Shown: positions 62,906-64,000 of the stretch, in pieces
Layout: each line of letters starts with the position of its first letter
Position numbering within the stretch: position 1 is the stretch's first letter
Assembly: GCA_947168855.1 (NCBI GenBank)
Contig: CAMVNO010000003.1
Location: 155,474 to 219,473 of the forward strand
From: an uncultured Clostridia bacterium
GTDB taxonomy: Bacteria; Bacillota; Clostridia; Christensenellales; CAG-138
Length of the DNA: 64,000 bases
Direction of reading: 5' to 3'
Program-made: the position numbers and the translations under genes
The notes under the pieces: model-generated
The model's input: only the letters and a program-made list of their open reading frames with translations
Told to the model about the DNA's origin: nothing
The model's database searches: none

Positions 62906-63460
62906 ATGGAAACGGGCAGACCGGAGATCGGAAGAAAGCTCAAAAGGCTCCGCGTGAAGCTCGGGCTGACGCAGGAGGAGCTTGCGGCGCGCACCGAACT
63001 CACCAAGGGCTTTATCTCGCAGCTGGAAAACGACATCACCTCGCCTTCGATCGCGACGCTGATGGACATTCTGGAAGCGCTCGGCACCGATATTTCCGCG
63101 TTCTTCAACGACCGCTCGGACGCGCGCGTGGTGTTCACGCCGGACGACACGTTCGAAAAGGAGGACGACGAGGCGGGGAACGCCATCCGCTGGCTCGTGC
63201 CGAACGCGCAGAAGAACGCTCTGGAGCCGATCCTTGTCACGATCGCGCCCGGCGGTCAGACCGAGGAGCTCGACCCGCACGAGGGGGAGGAGTTCGGGCT
63301 GGTGCTTTCCGGCGCGGTCACGCTTGCCGACGGCGACGTGAAATACCGCGTTAAAAAGGGCGACAGCTTTTATCTGCATCCGCAGGGGGTGCATTATCTT
63401 TTCAACAACGGAAAAACACCGGCGAAGGTGCTCTGGATCAGCACGCCGCCGTCATTTTAA
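62906..63460 (+). CDS. XRE-family HTH regulator with C-terminal cupin domain (PuuR-like)
   Basis: HTH (LKRLRVKLGLTQEELAARTELTKGFISQLEND) plus a cupin (..HEGEEFGLVLSG...GDSFYL..). It lies upstream of potA. Confidence 0.85.
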   Translation: METGRPEIGRKLKRLRVKLGLTQEELAARTELTKGFISQLENDITSPSIATLMDILEALGTDISAFFNDRSDARVVFTPDDTFEKEDDEAGNAIRWLVPNAQKNALEPILVTIAPGGQTEELDPHEGEEFGLVLSGAVTLADGDVKYRVKKGDSFYLHPQGVHYLFNNGKTPAKVLWISTPPSF

Positions 63461-63469
63461 GGGGGAACT

Positions 63470-64000
63470 ATGAGCGATAAGCATTTGATCGAGCTGATCG
63501 ACATCAGCAAGGATTACAACGGGGATGTGGCGCTGGATCACGTCAATCTGTACATCAACGACGGCGAGTTTCTGACCCTTCTGGGTCCGTCCGGCTGCGG
63601 CAAGACGACGCTTCTCCGCTGCATTGCGGGGTTCATCACGCCGTCCTCCGGCATGATCAAAATGAACGGCGTCGACATCGCGAAGGTCCCGCCGCACAAG
63701 CGCGAGATCAACACGGTCTTCCAGAAATACGCGCTGTTCCCGCACCTCAACGTGCGCGACAACATCGCGTTCGGGCTGAAGATCAAGAAGACGCCGAAGC
63801 CCGTCATCGAGGAGAAGGTCGAAAAGATGCTCAAGCTCGTCAACCTCGAGGGTTACGGCAAGCGCTGGATCGACCAGCTTTCCGGCGGTCAGCAGCAGCG
63901 CGTTGCGATCGCCAGAGCGCTTGTCAACGAGCCGAAGGTCCTTCTCCTGGACGAACCGCTCGGCGCGCTTGACCTCAAGCTCCGGCAGGAGATGCAGGTG
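63470..64000 (+). CDS. potA: Spermidine/putrescine ABC transporter ATP-binding protein, 3'-truncated by the window edge
   Basis: Walker [11 protein letters not shown]-loop, [15 protein letters not shown] and Walker B LLLDEP are present. The frame is open to the end of the window. Confidence 0.88.
   Translation, partial: MSDKHLIELIDISKDYNGDVALDHVNLYINDGEFLTLLGPSGCGKTTLLRCIAGFITPSSGMIKMNGVDIAKVPPHKREINTVFQKYALFPHLNVRDNIAFGLKIKKTPKPVIEEKVEKMLKLVNLEGYGKRWIDQLSGGQQQRVAIARALVNEPKVLLLDEPLGALDLKLRQEMQV

Overview
This is a 64-kb chromosomal window from a high-GC, spore-forming Firmicute. Gene content and order look like a Clostridia, Oscillospiraceae/Ruminococcaceae-type genome, but the taxon is inference only. 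I call about 60 protein genes and one tRNA (Trp-CCA). I see no rRNA, CRISPR array, transposase or integrase. Most of the window is conserved housekeeping synteny: DivIVA-domain gene, ygiQ, yceD, rpmF; plsX-acpP-rnc-smc-ftsY; pyrH-frr-uppS-dxr-rseP-ispG-polC; a DtxR-type repressor divergent from feoA-feoA-feoB; rny; a gerA/B/C germinant-receptor operon; a class A PBP operon; udk; and the start of potA. The accessory content has three parts. (1) A ~9-kb minus-strand operon (29.7-38.9 kb) encodes phosphonate biosynthesis plus surface installation: a tri-domain LicC-like NTase::HIGH-cytidylyltransferase::PEP mutase, phosphonopyruvate decarboxylase, an Fe-alcohol dehydrogenase where an AEP transaminase would be expected, a YidC::TagF-like fusion, an LtaS-like sulfatase-family membrane protein and a signal peptidase. 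This is the best candidate in the window for an undescribed system, possibly a hydroxyethylphosphonate-based teichoic-acid-like surface modification. (2) The window contains several unusual fusions: GNAT::methyltransferase, lipase_3::PPTase and YidC::TagF. (3) Three intergenic 'mirror-word hairpin arrays' follow ftsY, rny and a beta-propeller gene. A 101-nt direct duplication includes the 3' end of tRNA-Trp, and a related terminator-like repeat occurs elsewhere. All calls were made by eye from translated motifs and sequence inspection. No database search, HMM or folding program was available, so family names need confirmation. Many long ORFs in the supplied track are antisense shadow ORFs typical of high-GC DNA and were rejected.
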